This document shows, piece by piece, positions 42,192 to 55,760 of a stretch of DNA of 64,000 nucleotides. The stretch spans positions 127,355,741 through 127,419,740 of the forward strand of contig CM041465.1 of the NCBI GenBank assembly GCA_023213395.1. The letters are read 5' to 3'. The position numbers and the translations under genes were made by a program. The notes beneath the pieces were generated by a model. It was not told where the DNA came from. It searched no databases and saw nothing but the letters and a program-made list of their open reading frames with translations. The first letter of the stretch is position 1. Each line of letters starts with the position of its first letter. The DNA comes from Cycas panzhihuaensis (taxonomy: Eukaryota > Plantae > Cycadophyta).

Positions 42192-44635
42192 TGTTGCAGA
42201 CAAAATTGACACCTGTGCATCCAAAGGAATGTATGATTAATTTTGATTTAATATCGCTAATAAATGCAGGGCAACCGTTTAGCGAACATTCGGAAAAGGG
42301 AACGGACGTGGAACTAGCAAATAAATATGCAAAACAGGGTGTGTTCTGCCATAGGAATGCACTGTAGATAAAAAGAATGAATGTTGCATAGTCTAGGGAT
42401 GCACCAGGAATGCTCACAAAATGAACCAGGCAAAAAAAATGACACGTGGATCGAAACCGTACGAATGCACATGCAAATTAACTTGCAAAAGGAATGGATA
42501 TGAAAGGATGTGCATTAAGAAAAATGGACGGTTGTGACTTTTGGTCACAATTGTTCCTCAATAGGAACGCACAGACTATTTAAACACATCCAATCAATGG
42601 GATGGATGTGAGAGCCAAGACAAGTGAATCAATCGATCTGATCTAGTGCAGATAATAGTCCATTGTTGTATGGAACATGATATGATGTAAAAAGTGACTA
42701 TTGTTTAATAATATTTACAAAGTTACGTGGAATCCATGTGTACATAATGTGGAATGCACGATGCTTTATTGTGTTTTATGATTATACCATGGACTTATTA
42801 GGCATAATCTAGTATATGAATGTATATGTTGACTGTGAACACACCTTAGACTACAATGGCAACCTTGACAAGTGGATATCTCAGTAGGACAGATATTAAG
42901 TCAACATTGGTCCTGTTGCCTAAGTCCATTAGCGAAGGGAAGAAGAAACCGGAATCTTCTATGTGTAAAGGCGTGTCACCACGGTTGTCATGATGATGGC
43001 GGGGCTCTAACTAAGCCTTGACAGCCAGGGGGACCTTCCAATGCCACCTAAATGGCCTTTGAAGGCAGAGAAGTCATAAACAAAACCAAAGGGGATAGCG
43101 GAATCAAGTAGGCAAAGAGGCTTAAGATGGTCCAAGGAGAAAACGTTAAGGGAAGCAAGGAGATTGAGTATAGGGGAAAAGGAAGATCAAAGAGAATTAG
43201 TGGAAGGATTTGAGGCAAGTGGCACCCAAACACCATGAAATACAAAAAATGAAGGCCAAGGGGAACCAATGACAATCACACCTGCTCGAGAAAAGTGTTA
43301 GAATCTCAATAGAGAAGAAGATATTGAAGAGGAAAGAGAAAAAGATGAAATAAAAGTAATAAGCACCCCTAAAAAGGAGTTAAGTCTGGATTTTACTCTA
43401 AAGGACCTAAGTGACAACGAAAAGAAGGTGGAGGAAGGTCCCCAGGCACATTGGCAAAATCATCTTATTAGACAATTATTGGAAGACCCACTAGAGGGAA
43501 ATGAGGATCAATCATATTTAAGAACAACTCCAGTGGTGGTAGAAATACCAGGAGTACCAAGCATTATACAACTAAAATCACCTATTCATAATCTCTTATT
43601 CGAAAAAGGGAACAGTGGAGAAAAATATTGGATATTGTGACAACAATCGTTTAAGGCTAAATTTTTGGCATGTTTTCAGCGTGGTTTCCCCCCCTAATCT
43701 TACTCGGGGGGTTCCAAGGGGGGCGGGAGCCGAGGGATGCAGGGGGGTGGAACGCCCCCCGCTAAGAAGGGGTTTGGGGGCGATAGCCCCCAACCCGAAA
43801 AATTAGCCCTGTAAACCATATTGAAATGTAAAGAGAATCAGGGTCGTTCAATACAAATACTCTAGATTCTATGGTTGAGATTCATGCCTTGGATGTCCTT
43901 CTCATGTAGCCCATTTTAGGGCTTTTCTTATTATGTTGTATGTAATGTAATGTACTGTGATGAGGGTTGCGGCTGGTTGTTATTCTTAAGAGCACTGCAC
44001 TCGAGATGTCTTGCTTTCTCCATTCTACAGCAATAAAAATCGATACCTTTCCTGTGTGGATGTTTCCCTAGCACACTGCTAGGGTTTTACCACGTTATAT
44101 CGGGTGCATATGTGATGTTTATCTTGTATATTGATGTTATTGTATTATCTCTGATTTTAAAACTTGCATGTTAAATCTTAGTTTTGATTCCTGTAACTAG
44201 TTGCAAAATAGTTCAGATCTTGTGGCAGTTTAAGGTTTGGGACCTTGTATTCTCAACAAAGAAATGCCACTAAGAGGATTTTACAAAAAAATTTCAGATA
44301 GGAAGGAAACAATGCCACCACAAAAGGAGGAAACAAGGAATAATCCCACAATAGCGCATCACAAGGAATTTGGAAAACTTATCTTTCGTGATTCTATGAA
44401 TGTAGGAGAGCACATATACTTGTTCCAAAGATTGAAAGACCTTGAAAAAATTATAGATGAAATGGAAATCAAGGAGAGATTTGCCTACTCACTAAGGAGC
44501 ATACCATTAGCTTGGTATAAGTAGTTGGACCCATAGAAATCCTGGAATGAGATAAAAAAGGAATTTGAAGAGCGGTTCGTAAAATATCATAATAACAGCA
44601 TTATAGAGTTAACTTTGAATGAAATTCAATAGAAG
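42192..44635 (+). mobile_element. Gypsy-type element fragment (putative LTR/leader and gag) interrupted by a solo LTR
   Basis: Retrotransposon gag motif RFAYSLRSIPLAWYK*LDP*KSWNEIKKEFEER at ~44478-44576. Removing 43626-44258 and one TSD copy joins ORF 43428 and ORF 44237 in frame (GNSG-EE-MPLRG). Left boundary is a guess. Confidence 0.6.
43626..44258 (+). mobile_element. Solo LTR (633 bp) with GC-rich hairpin cluster
   Basis: TA(TG)TTG...CAACA termini, TSD AAAAA/AAGAA, U5-like GGGTTTTACCACGT, and excision restores the host gag frame. Confidence 0.75.
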
Positions 44636-44672
44636 CCAGACAACTAATTGGAAGCCTAATATATCTTATTGC

Positions 44673-47600
44673 TGTTAAGGTTCAATCAGAAGACAGAAGG
44701 CTGATAAGAGAACTCGATGTGTTTATTGAGAGAATGAGTTTCTTAAATACATGATTGGGTCGGTAACCATTATAACTTGACGTGTAACCAACCCCTAACA
44801 ATATGACACGTCATCATTACATACATTAATTAATGATAAAGCATTACCTCTCAACACCCTCTCTTAATGTTTTATCTCTTTCAAGCCTATCTTGTCTCTC
44901 AAAAACTGGAGTTTTTCTTTTCCTAAAGATTTTGTCAATAGATCTGCAGTTTGTTCTGTAGTGGGACAATATTCCAGCTTAATTTCTTTGCCATGAACCT
45001 TCTCTCTTATAAAATGATGATGTACTTCTATGTGCTTAGTTCTGGCATGAAGGACAGGATTTTAGTCAGCTTGATGGCACTTTGATTGTCACAGTATATG
45101 GTTGTTGCTCTGTTTTGAGGTTGATTCAGATCAACCAGAAGCTGTCATAGCCATACTACTTCACAGGTTGCGGTTACTGCTGCTTTGTACTCTACTTCAG
45201 TTGACGAGAGTGCGACAGTGGGTTGCTTTTTGCTACACCACGAAATTGCGACTGATCCTAGAAAGAAACAATATCCACTAGTTGACTTCCTTTGATCTTT
45301 ATCACCTATCCGATATGAATCACAATATCCTATAAGTTCTGTTGATTCCTTTTTTGAGTAGACTAATTTCAATTCTATTGTGCCCCGCAAGTATCTCAGT
45401 ATTCTCCAGGCTGCCTTCCAATGTCTAACTCTAAGCTCTTGCATGTATCTAGAAAGTGATCTGACAGAATATGATATATCAAGTATGGTAGCCATGAGAT
45501 AGATCAGACTTCCAATCAATTGTCTATACAAAGTGACATCGACTGTATGTTCCTTTTCATCAGGTACCAGGTTGCAATTGATCTCCATGGGTGTAGCACA
45601 AGGATTGCAGTCTGCCATTCTAAATTTTTCCAGCAAATCTTTTATGTACTTACTTTGGGAGATGGAAATGTATTCCTTCTGTTGATTTACTTCCAATCCC
45701 AAATAGTAGCTGAGAAAACCAAGGTCTGTCATTTCAAATTTCTTTTCTAATTGTCCCTTTATTTCTACAATTATCTTGTCATCATTTCTTGTCAATATCA
45801 TATCATCCACCTAAATAGCAATTATAGTGATTTGTTCATCTCCTTTCTTTATGTATAGGCTGGAATCTGAACGACAACGTTGGAAACCATTATTGCATAG
45901 ATGTTGATCTAATTTGGTGTACTATGCACGAGGAGCTTGCTTCAGCCCGTACAAGGCCTTTTTTAATTTGCACACTAATTGTTCTTGTCCTTTCCTGACA
46001 TATCCCTCGGGTTGTGCCATGTATACATCTTCTTCAAGATCACCATTTAAGAACGCACTTTTCACATCTAATTGGAAAATTTTCCAATTGTGCAATGCTG
46101 CAAGTGCTATCACAATCCTTACTGTATTCAACTTGGCCACAGGTGAGAAGGTTTCTTCGAAATCAATTCTAGTTGTTTGAGTGTATCCTTTTGCCACCAA
46201 ACGTGCCTTATATTTTTCAACTTTTCCATTTGCACCTTCTTTAATTTTGTATACCCATCTGCAATTAACTACAAATTTGTTTGGAGGAAGTTCTACTAAT
46301 TCCCATGTTCGATTCTTGTTAATCGAATCCATTTTAGCATCCATTGCTCCCTTCCATTGTGATTGACTTTGAGCCTCTAGAAATGATTGGAGCTCAACTC
46401 TGCTAAGCAAGGCTTTTGGTTTTTGACCTCTCGTCCTGTGATCAAATATATTTCCCCCTTTTTCAATGGTCTTAATGAACCATTTAGGCAATTTCTTTTC
46501 ATCTCTTGAGTGTTCTCTTGTTCCTGCAGGTTCCAAATATGATTCTACTTCTTGTGTTATGCTTCCTTCTTCACCTGAGTCTTTGTGAGATGAACACAGC
46601 GTGATTTCTTTAGTGGTGATGTCCAAAATTTCTTCTGTGAGGATTTCTTTACTTGAATTCTCCGTATCTTCTTCAATTATTTTAATTTGAGACTGGGAAT
46701 TCAAGTTTCCTTCATCAAAAACTACATCTCTACTAATATATATTTTGTTTATTTTGGGATCAATACATTTATATGCCTTTGAATTTTTGCTATATCCTAT
46801 CATAATGCATTCAATGCTTTTTGCATCAATTTTTGACATGTTTTTGTTTGGTATGTGCACATATGCTTGGCTACCAAATACCTTGAATGAGCTGACATCA
46901 GGTTTTTTGTCTGTCCATGCTTCTTCTAGTGTGATATTTTCCAATACTTTAGTTGGATTTCTGTTTACAAGATAGCAGGTTGTATTCACAGCTTCTGCCT
47001 AGTATGACTTTGGAACCTGCTTTTCATGCACCATGCTCCGAGCCATTTCCATCAGAGTTCTATTTTTTCTTTCAACAACTCCGTTAGACTATGGAGTATA
47101 GGGAGTGGTGATTTGTCTCCGAATTCCATTCCTTTTGCAGTAGGTCAGAAACTCGTTGGAGATATATTCTCCTCCTCCATCTAATCTAATACACTTTATT
47201 TTGGATTCAGATTCAAGTTCTACTTCTGCCTTAAATTCTTTAAAGATTTCAAAGACCTCTGATTTATTATGTAAAAAATATACCCAAATTTTCTGGTGAG
47301 ATCATCAATGAAGGTTAAGAAGTACCTGCAACCATTTATTGAAATTGGTGTAATTGGTCTGCAAAGATCTGTATGAATTAATTCCAGTTTACTTTGTGAT
47401 CTCCATTTACTTTCTTTGAAGGGCAGTCTATGATTTTTTCCAAATTGACATCCTTTACATACAAAATTTTCTGAAGTAATGTTAGGTAATTCATGCACCA
47501 TGTCATATTTTTACATTTTCTTTAAAGTTTCTATTGGAAGATGTCCATACTTCAAATGCCACACTTTATTATCAAGATTCACAGCAGTACAAGCTTTTGG

Positions 47601-49580
47601 ACAGGGTATTACAAGATCTAAAACTAATTTACACAGATCATTACTCCTAATGCCCTTAGCAATGATTTCCCCATTATTTTTCATGTCCAGTATCAGACAG
47701 AGGCCTTTTTCATCAAACACAATCCTTAGCCCCTTTTTGCTGAGTTGTAAGACAGACAAAAGATTCATTTTGAGATCAGGAACCCATAGAACATTTCCAA
47801 TTTTCTTTACATTACCCTGTATGCAAATAGAGATAGTACCCACTCCCTTAATTTCTAGTGGATATTTATCACCCAATTCTACTAATCTACTGATGTCATA
47901 GGGTTTCAGACTTTCAAACCAATCTTGACAATTTGTCATGTGTCGTGAAGCTCCAGAGTCGATGAACCACGTAGTAGTTTCCTTTAATCTTGCTGACAAG
48001 GCAACTATGAATGCTATCTCTTCTTCATCTTCTTCAGTTTGTTCTTTGTTGTAGTTCCCCATTGGCCTTTTCCTTTTCTAAATGTCTGCTCTTCTCTAGG
48101 GGCATTGATATGGATAATGTCATGTCTGTCCACAATGATAACACACATCAAATGTTCTGCAAGTACTAGCGAAGTGTCCAGATTTGCCACAATTAAAGCA
48201 TATCTTGCAATCACAACTTCAACCACGTCCTCTGTTGTCCAAATATCGTCCACGAGCGAAATTCCTGGAATCTAGGGCTCGTCCTCGTCCATGGATTTGA
48301 CTTTGTCCTCGTGGTCCCAGATTTAATCTAAAAGTAAATGCATCTTCCAGTTCAATTGAGTCTTCATATCGTCTGTTTCTTTATTCCTGTCTAAGCAATA
48401 TTCCAGTCAACTCATCAAGGGTCATTGTATCAATCTGATTATTGTTTGTAATGGTATTGATAATTACGTCAAAGGTCTTTGGTAATTTATTGGCTACCAT
48501 TTGAACAAGTTCTGGTTCGGATAGAATTTCTCCAGCGCTCAACAATCCATTTCTGAAGGAAGTGACTTTATGTATGAATTCAGTCACTGTTTCATTCTCT
48601 CTCATGTGCAACTTATACAATTCTTCCTTCAAAGTGAATATCTGAGCTTTATTTTTCTGACCAAACAATTTTTCGAAACATTTCCAAATGCTTGATGTGG
48701 AGGTCAATTTTTCAACATATCTGGAGTAGAGTCCGTCATCGATAGTTTGAGAATGATAACACCTGCATTATCTCTTTCTAAGCAACTGGGTAGGGTTGCA
48801 CTAGCATCGTCTGGCTTGGTTTCAGTTCTGAGAGCAATATTCCATCCATTTCGGGCTCTAAGCAAGGTTTCAATCTTAATTTTCCAAATATGATAGTTAC
48901 TCTAAGTAAGTTTATCTTGTTCTGAGAGTCCAAACAGAGGAGCAGCCATCATAAATGAAGAGAGAGGCGACAGGACTGGTCTGATCGTACGATTATACAG
49001 ATTTTCGTACAAAACCCTAGGTGTACGGATTAAGGCAAGTTATACCTCACAAGATAGATCTTTCTGTCGTCTATCTAGATCTGAAATTAGTTTTGCAAAA
49101 CTGTTTCCCAAACTGGAGAAATCGACTTCGAACGATTACACGAGTGGCTAAGGTATTGAGTCTTTTTTGCAAAAATCCACCAAAATACTCGACAAAATCA
49201 AACAAGAATGAATGGGATCATTTAATAATAAGTATTCGAAGATTTTTAGTCCAAGTTTACCCGAATTTATGCCTGATTTCAAACGATTTTGAAGTTTCCT
49301 CCTTCAATCTCGTGCAAGCTGGTTATTGGTCAATTTGACCCATGAAACAACTCTGAATGTCCTTGATGTAGAAGAGAAAAGTGACGGCCATCCCTCGATC
49401 TATCTGCTCACCAAATTTCATCTCGATCTGATGACTTTGAAAAATACATGAGAGGATGAGTTTCTTAAATACATGATTGGGTTGGTGACCGTCATAACTT
49501 GACATGTAACCAACCTCTAACAATATGACACATGTCATCATTACATACATTAATTAATGATAAAACATTACCTCTCAACA
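44673..49580 (-). mobile_element. Near-complete Ty1/copia element, TSD ATTGC; 3' LTR 44673-44856, 5' LTR ~49449-49580 lacking U5 and PBS
   Basis: ATTGC at 44668-44672 and 49581-49585, PPT complement 44857-44869, long ORFs for gag, PR (WFIDSGASRHM), INT, RT and RNase H. Confidence 0.96.
44864..48952 (-). pseudogene. Copia gag-pol polyprotein, few stops and frameshifts
   Basis: ORFs 48381-48707 (gag), 47511-48062 (PR), 47220-47501 (INT), 45922-46989 ([16 protein letters not shown]), 45145-45810 (RT/RNase H). Confidence 0.95.
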
Positions 49581-50404
49581 ATTGCAACTAGACTAGACAT
49601 AGCTTACTCAATTGGTCTAGTCTCCTAATATATGCAAGATCCAAAACTAAGTCACTGAAATGCTGCAAAAAGAATACTCAGATATCTCAAAGGAACAAAT
49701 GACCTAAAACTCATGTATCCAAAAGTTAAGTCGAAACAGGTGACTAGATTTTGTGACTCGGACTAGGCAAGAGACAAAGAAAAGAGAAAATCAACAAGTG
49801 AATATTGTTTTTTCTTAGGATCAGTTGCAATCTCATGGAGCAGAAAACGACAACCAACTATTGCATTATCTTCCATAAAAGCCGAATACAAGTCAGTTGT
49901 CAATGCATCTTGTGAAGTAGTTCGGTTAAGGCAACTCCTGCCAAACCTAGGACAACAACAACAAGAACCAACAGTCCTCTTATGTGACAATCAAAGTGCT
50001 ATCAAGTTGACCAGAAATCTAATTCTGCATGCTCGAACAAAGCTCATAGAAGTGCACCAACATCTTATCAAAGAAAAAGTGTAAAACAAAGAGATTGACC
50101 TGACATATTGTTCAACAAATGAACAAGTTGCAGATAGTTTGACAAAACCCCTCAACAAAGAAAAGTTTCAATTTTTTAGAGATAAATTGGGTTTGATAAA
50201 ACATTAAGAGAGGGTGTTAGAATGTAATGTTTTATCAAGTGTATTAGAAGTCATAATGACTCATTATATGTACAAATGACAAGTGTCCAACGTGTGTCAA
50301 TCATACACATAACGGTTACATTTACCCAACGTATATTTAAGAGAGTTATCTCTCCCTCACTAATACATCATATTCTTCTTTGAAGCAAGATTTCAGCATT
50401 AACA
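49581..50404 (+). mobile_element. 3' end of a related copia (RT end, RNase H, PPT, 3' LTR 50215-50404); host of the preceding insertion
   Basis: RQLIGSLIYLIA at ~44638-44672 continues as TRLDIA after 49585; PPT ATTAAGAGAGGG then TGTTAG...TTAACA. Confidence 0.9.
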
Positions 50405-50985
50405 AGGAAAACTTGGGCATTTTTCCTCAAAAAAAAATATGATGCATTTAGTACTTTCAAGGACTTCCGAGCCTATGTAAAAAAAGGAAAAGTGAAAAGA
50501 AGATGAAAATTTTTAGAACTGATAATGGAGGAGAATTCATCTCAAATGATTTCTACAAATATTGCAAAGCTCATAGGATTAAGAGGAAACTAACAATTAC
50601 CTACACCCCACAATCAAGTGGAGTAGCTAAAAGGAAAAACAAAACAATTATAGTGATAGCAAGAAGGATGCTAGAAGGAAAGGGAATGCCAAATATGTTT
50701 TGGGCATAAACTGTTAAGACAACTACTTATCTCATCAACAAAAGCCCAACCATAGTTGTCAATCCAAAAACTCCAGAAGAAGCCCGGACCAATAGACAAC
50801 CGAATGCCAATCACCTAAGGATATTTGGTAGCACTACATTTGTGTGCATTCCAAAAGAAAAAAGGAACAAGATTGATGAGAAGAGTATAAAATACATCTT
50901 TGTAGGATACAATGAAAAATCCAAAGCTTATAGATGCATAGAAATAGAGAATAATAAAATCATCACAAGCATAGATACGAACTTG
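50405..50985 (+). mobile_element. Copia integrase fragment (probable continuation at 55464-55760)
   Basis: IFRTDNGGEF...YTPQSSGVAKRKNKT in ORF 50503-50709. Confidence 0.88.
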
Positions 50986-51774
50986 TAAATTTCAGCTTTC
51001 ATTCCTTTCAAAAAAAAGTGTCTCGAATCTATTGATGACTTTTGTCAATTCCAATGTGTCCCCCAATCTCAAAACAATCTGCTTCCTCTAAAATTTTTGA
51101 CTTACCGATGGATGCTACTAGAACTAGTATTTTTCCTTTCCTTAGGATCAACTTTATTTATAGATTATAGTTGGTATTGTTCCCCTTTTCGATCTCTAGC
51201 AAAGCTTCTTGAAATTGAAGGTCATTTATATAGCTCTAAACTAGCTCTTCAATACATTCAAGCATGATTACTGTAATGATCTACAAGGTGGGTTGACAAT
51301 CACTAGAACTTTCAACCAAAATTTTGAATAATGCATCTGCAATAACGTTCTCCTTTCCTTTTTTGTAGAGACTAGAAAAATCAAAAGTCTAGAGTTTGCT
51401 CACCCATTTTTGTTGTTCATCGAAGAGTAATGTTTGGCTGAGAAAATATTTCAAACTATCGTGATCAAATTTGATTATGAACTTGTTACCCAAAAGATAT
51501 TGTCACCATTGGTGTATAGCATGCATGATTGTCAACATTTCTTTATTATAAATCAGTTTCAGATGTGCTCGATCATTAAGATTCCTACTTTCGTATGCCA
51601 ATTGTCGGCCTTCTTGTAAGAGAATTGCCCCTATTCTTATCCTAGACGCATTGCATTCAATCATAAATGGTTGGAAAAAATCAAGAGTTGTTAATACGAG
51701 AGTTGTGGTCATTGTTGCTTTTAACTCCTGGAAAGCTTCATCCGCTTTTTGGGTCCACATGAAAGTGTCTTACC

Positions 51775-52174
51775 TGTTAGAAGATAATGTTTAATGCATT
51801 ACGATGTAAGTTGTGTCTTAAGGTCAATAATGTTATAGTTTTATGTTAGGGTTTAAGGGTCATATATTATAGTGTTGTTATGTGAGAAGTTAGAAAGTTA
51901 TTGATCAGTTAGTAGGTGAAGTGTCACTGGGAAGTTAAAGGTCATTTGTCCCACATGTAACTCATCTCACCTTCGTATTCCCATCTATGTTGTATATATA
52001 GATAGGTGAGGTAGAGTAGGGATCAAGTCATCATTGAGACTCATGTTGAGTATGTGGTGCTATAGCATTCTAATATAATCATTCCTGAGTTGAGTTAATA
52101 CAGTTTATGCTCTGTTCATTGATCTTAGAGATTTGTTGTTGATGTTGAATGCTCTCCATGTTGAAAACTTAACA
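51775..52174 (+). mobile_element. Solo LTR (400 bp) inside the gypsy RT-RNase H linker
   Basis: TGTTA...TAACA, TSD TTACC/TTTCC; excision restores PLTDLTRK-DTFMWTQ. Confidence 0.85.
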
Positions 52175-53791
52175 TTTCCTTGTTAAATCAGTTAATGGTG
52201 TGGCTATATGTGTGTTACCTTTAATGAACCTCTATAAGAACCCTACTACTCCCAAGAATCCACAGACCCCTGTTATGTTTTTGGGTGTTGGCCAGTTGAT
52301 GATGGCCTGAATCTTCTTGGAACCAATTTTTACTCCTTTTGGTATAATGATATGATGCAAATACTCTAACTCTATTTGTCCAAGCGTACATTTGTTCTTA
52401 TTGGCGAAGAGCTTCTGGTCTTGTAAGAGTTGTAGAATAGTACGGATATGTTCCAAGTGTTCTTGCCAAGTCCTACTATAAATCAAAATATCATCAAACG
52501 AAACCAAAACAAATTTTTGTAAGGTTTGAGAACCTGGTTCATCGTGCTCTAGAAAGTTGTTGGCACATTTATTAATCCACATGGCATACTTGAAACTCAA
52601 ATAATCCTTCGTGAGTTCGAAAAATTGTTTCGTAAACATCCTCTGCTTTTATTTGGATTTGATAGTATTTGGATCGTAAGTCAATTTTTGAAAAACATTA
52701 AGCCCCATGCAATTCATCTAAATAAATCATCTATTCGAGAAATGGGATATTTGTTTTTAATGGCCAATTTAATCAAGACCCAATAGTCTACACACATTCG
52801 ATAAGATACATCCTTTTTCCAAATAAGTATGACAAGAAATGCAAATGGGCTGGTTCTTGGAATTATGGACCCCTATTGTAGCAGCTCTTGTGTGATTCGC
52901 TCAATTTCTTGTCTAAAATGAAACAGATGACGGTAAGGTCGAATGTTTATTGGAGCTGATTGTGGTGCAAGTTTGATTGCATGCTCATACCCTCAGCTTG
53001 GGGGTAATTCCTAAGGAAGTTCTTCAAATACATGGCTATATTGGTCAATGATGGTCTGGACCTTTGCCAGGACTTCTTCAATGGTCAATTTATAACATGA
53101 GAGCATGAAGGAAGTGGGGTTTTTTTACAATAATTTTTCCATCCATTGAAAGGAAACTAGTTGCGTTGGTGGAATATTTAGAGCCTGCAATTTGTATTTT
53201 TGTCCCTTGTGGTGAAAACACATGAAATGTGCTTTGTAGTTGGTGACTATATTGGCCAGAGCCTGCAACCATTGAATTCCTAAAATGACGTTGAGCCCCT
53301 AATTGGCATGGCAAACATATAGGTTGTAGTTGCATAATCAACTATTCATAAATCCACCTATTGGCATTGTCCTCCATAGGGCATGGTTCTACCATTTGCA
53401 ATGGACACTTAGAAAACATTAAGTGGTTTAATCTAGAGTACCAATTTGTCCACCGTAGGTCTTCCTATGAAATTATGGGTGCTTCTGCTATCTACCAAAA
53501 TTGAAATTTCTACATTTTTTATTAACCCTATAAATCGAAATATTTGCGATGTGCGGACCTCTCTTGTGATGGCTTGGAGAGAAATCTGGGCATTGCCTAT
53601 ATCGGTGTTTAGAAGGTCATCAATCTCTTATTCGTTTATTTTGACCATTGCTTCTTCATTTGGATTTTCCCCTTCTGGTTCTTCTGGTACATTGTCTTTT
53701 TTGTTATTTATCATAAACATCTTCTTTGCAAGACATTTATGATCTTGGTTGTATTTCCTCCACAGTGGAAACAAGTCTCATTCCTGATGTG

Positions 53792-54114
53792 TGTCACGGG
53801 TTGACGTTACACCAAAAGCCCCAAGGTGATTTGGGAAGAGGACTTCCTCGTGATAGTTAGCGTCACGCACTCCAACACTCCCCCGTCACAAGGAGTCGGT
53901 TGTACCTACACAGCATGCATGTCCACCACGACGTTCCTCGGCGGACCCATCAACGTCTTCACGTATGTCCGAGTGTGCTACCGTGGTACACAGGACTAGT
54001 TTTGGACCCTGGTCGCTCTGATACCACTTGTCACGGGTTGTCGTTACACCAAAAGCCCAGTGGTGATTTGGGAAGAGGACTTCCTTGTGATAGTTAGCAT
54101 CACGCGCTCCAACA
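53792..54114 (-). mobile_element. Complete 323-bp TRIM with 86-bp LTRs, TSD ATGTG
   Basis: LTRs 53792-53877 and 54029-54114, PBS complement 54015-54026, PPT complement CTCCCCCG from 53878, ATGTG on both flanks. Confidence 0.96.
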
Positions 54115-55760
54115 ATGTGTTCAGCTCAAGATACATGCTCATCTTTTTTCTCAAAGGTTGGGGCCCCCTACTTTTGTTCCTAATTGCATCCAATTTGGTT
54201 GGAATTGCTGACCTAGATGTCTAGGTGGGTCATTTCGTTGGACAAAATTTTGCCTGCTCTCTCTAAATTCTACTTCGATATTTCAGGCATGTTGTATGGC
54301 ATCATTAAGCTAGAATACGTCTAATGTATTAAGGTGATATTTAATATTCCCTTTTAGACTTACAATATATACTTCGACTAGCTATTCTTCATTGCTTTAT
54401 GTCTCTACCAAACTATGAAGGGCTTGGAATTGTTCTGCATATGCTTTAACTAATCTGGTCTATTGCAACCTCGTGAGTTGAGCAAAATAATCAATATTCC
54501 ATGTGTCTTCATATTACTCAATGATGCGTTTCTTCAAAAAATTCTAGTTAAAATGGCTTGTCTCTTCATAGATTCTCTACCACCAATGGTACCATTTTAG
54601 GGCTTTTCCATAAAAGTGAAGGTCTATTACCACAAGTTTTTCTTTATTTGACATGGGGGTTGCTTTGAAATAGATTTCTAATTGTATGATCAACTGCGAA
54701 TATCCTTGGATCTTTTTGGGTCAAATTTTTCTAAAAGGAATTTGGTTCCTTTGATTCTAGGACCGGATCAGTCTTCTTGATCTCCCTCTTCTTCTTCTAG
54801 GTGCTCTTCTCGTTTCTGATATCTAGATGGACCTATATCTTTTTTCCTTCCCATGACTATGTTCATAAGAAGCTGAGTATCCATTTTTATCTGTGCTAAA
54901 TCGTTGGTAATAGTGTCAACACGACAATATACATCTGTTATTGTTTCTAATGGTGATTCACCATTTTGTTGGATAAAAGTTATTTTCCTAATCTCAATTT
55001 CGTTCTTAATGAAGATTTTATATCAGATTTTTCTTGTGGAAACTTCTTCTAACCCAACTTTGAAACAAGGCCCTGATACCACTTGTAGCAACTGTAGGAT
55101 TTATGAATAGAAACTCTAGAAATAGATAACAATCCCCAAAAATATATAGATACTCCTGCAATATCTGCTAAAAAAAGGGACCCTCTTCAAGGCAAGGTGC
55201 CCTCCACAATGTTGCCCTAAGGTCGAAAATAATTGCAGTCCAAGACTTCTTTTTAGTGATTCTTAATAAGACCCATAACCACCCTTAAATAGGCGATCAA
55301 AAGATAATAAAGGAAGTCGGCCAGAAAAACCATCTTTAATAGGAATTGGAAGTCAACCAGAAATTCCTCCAAAAACAAATAATTAAATATCTTTATATAA
55401 GTCAGTTTTTCTACTCATAAGGAAGTTGACCAGATAGTCTTTTAATTTAATTAGAATGCTACATAAAGAAAGACCCACCTTGATGGAAATCTCGCCTACA
55501 ACAAAGGCAAAAGGACTCACAAAAATTCCCTCTACAATCACAGGAAAAGAAGTCCAAATTAAAGATCAACCAAGGGAACAAGACTCTACAAAAGAAGAAG
55601 ATCGAAGCTCCACGAGGGCAATGATCAAGAACCTACTGTGAGCCAACCATAGAAGAAAATTCCCAAGTGGTACTTGTTAGCTCCTCATGATTCAAGAGTA
55701 AATCACCCAACCGTGGAAAGAATAAGGCAAATAAGATCACAAAGTCACTCAAGAAACCTT

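Larger units (their letters stand above)
50990..55463 (-). mobile_element. Ty3/gypsy (chromovirus-like) element, 3'-truncated; 5' LTR 55084-55463
   Basis: LTR with 7-bp inverted termini TGTAGCA/TGCTACA, PBS complement ~55070-55081, gag-PR-RT (FDDILIYS, ORF 52232-52639)-RNase H (FMIECNAS, ORF 51503-51760) order. Confidence 0.92.

Noticed and set aside
43220-43237. tRNA-Lys PBS (TGGCACCCAAACA) for the gypsy fragment
   Set aside because: Partial match and no matching LTR pair to anchor it.
43688-43711. Endogenous geminivirus origin as a feature
   Set aside because: One mismatch to TAATATTAC, homopolymer stem, no Rep remnant; kept only as a speculative note.
53837-53847. Cassandra-type 5S rRNA domain in the TRIM LTR (minus strand GGAAGTCCTC)
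   Set aside because: Only ~10 nt match plant 5S; no A-box or C-box core (AGTTAAGCGTGC, GGATGGGTGACC).
53792-54114. Retrozyme (hammerhead-containing TRIM)
   Set aside because: No CTGANGA...GAAA hammerhead core seen on either strand.
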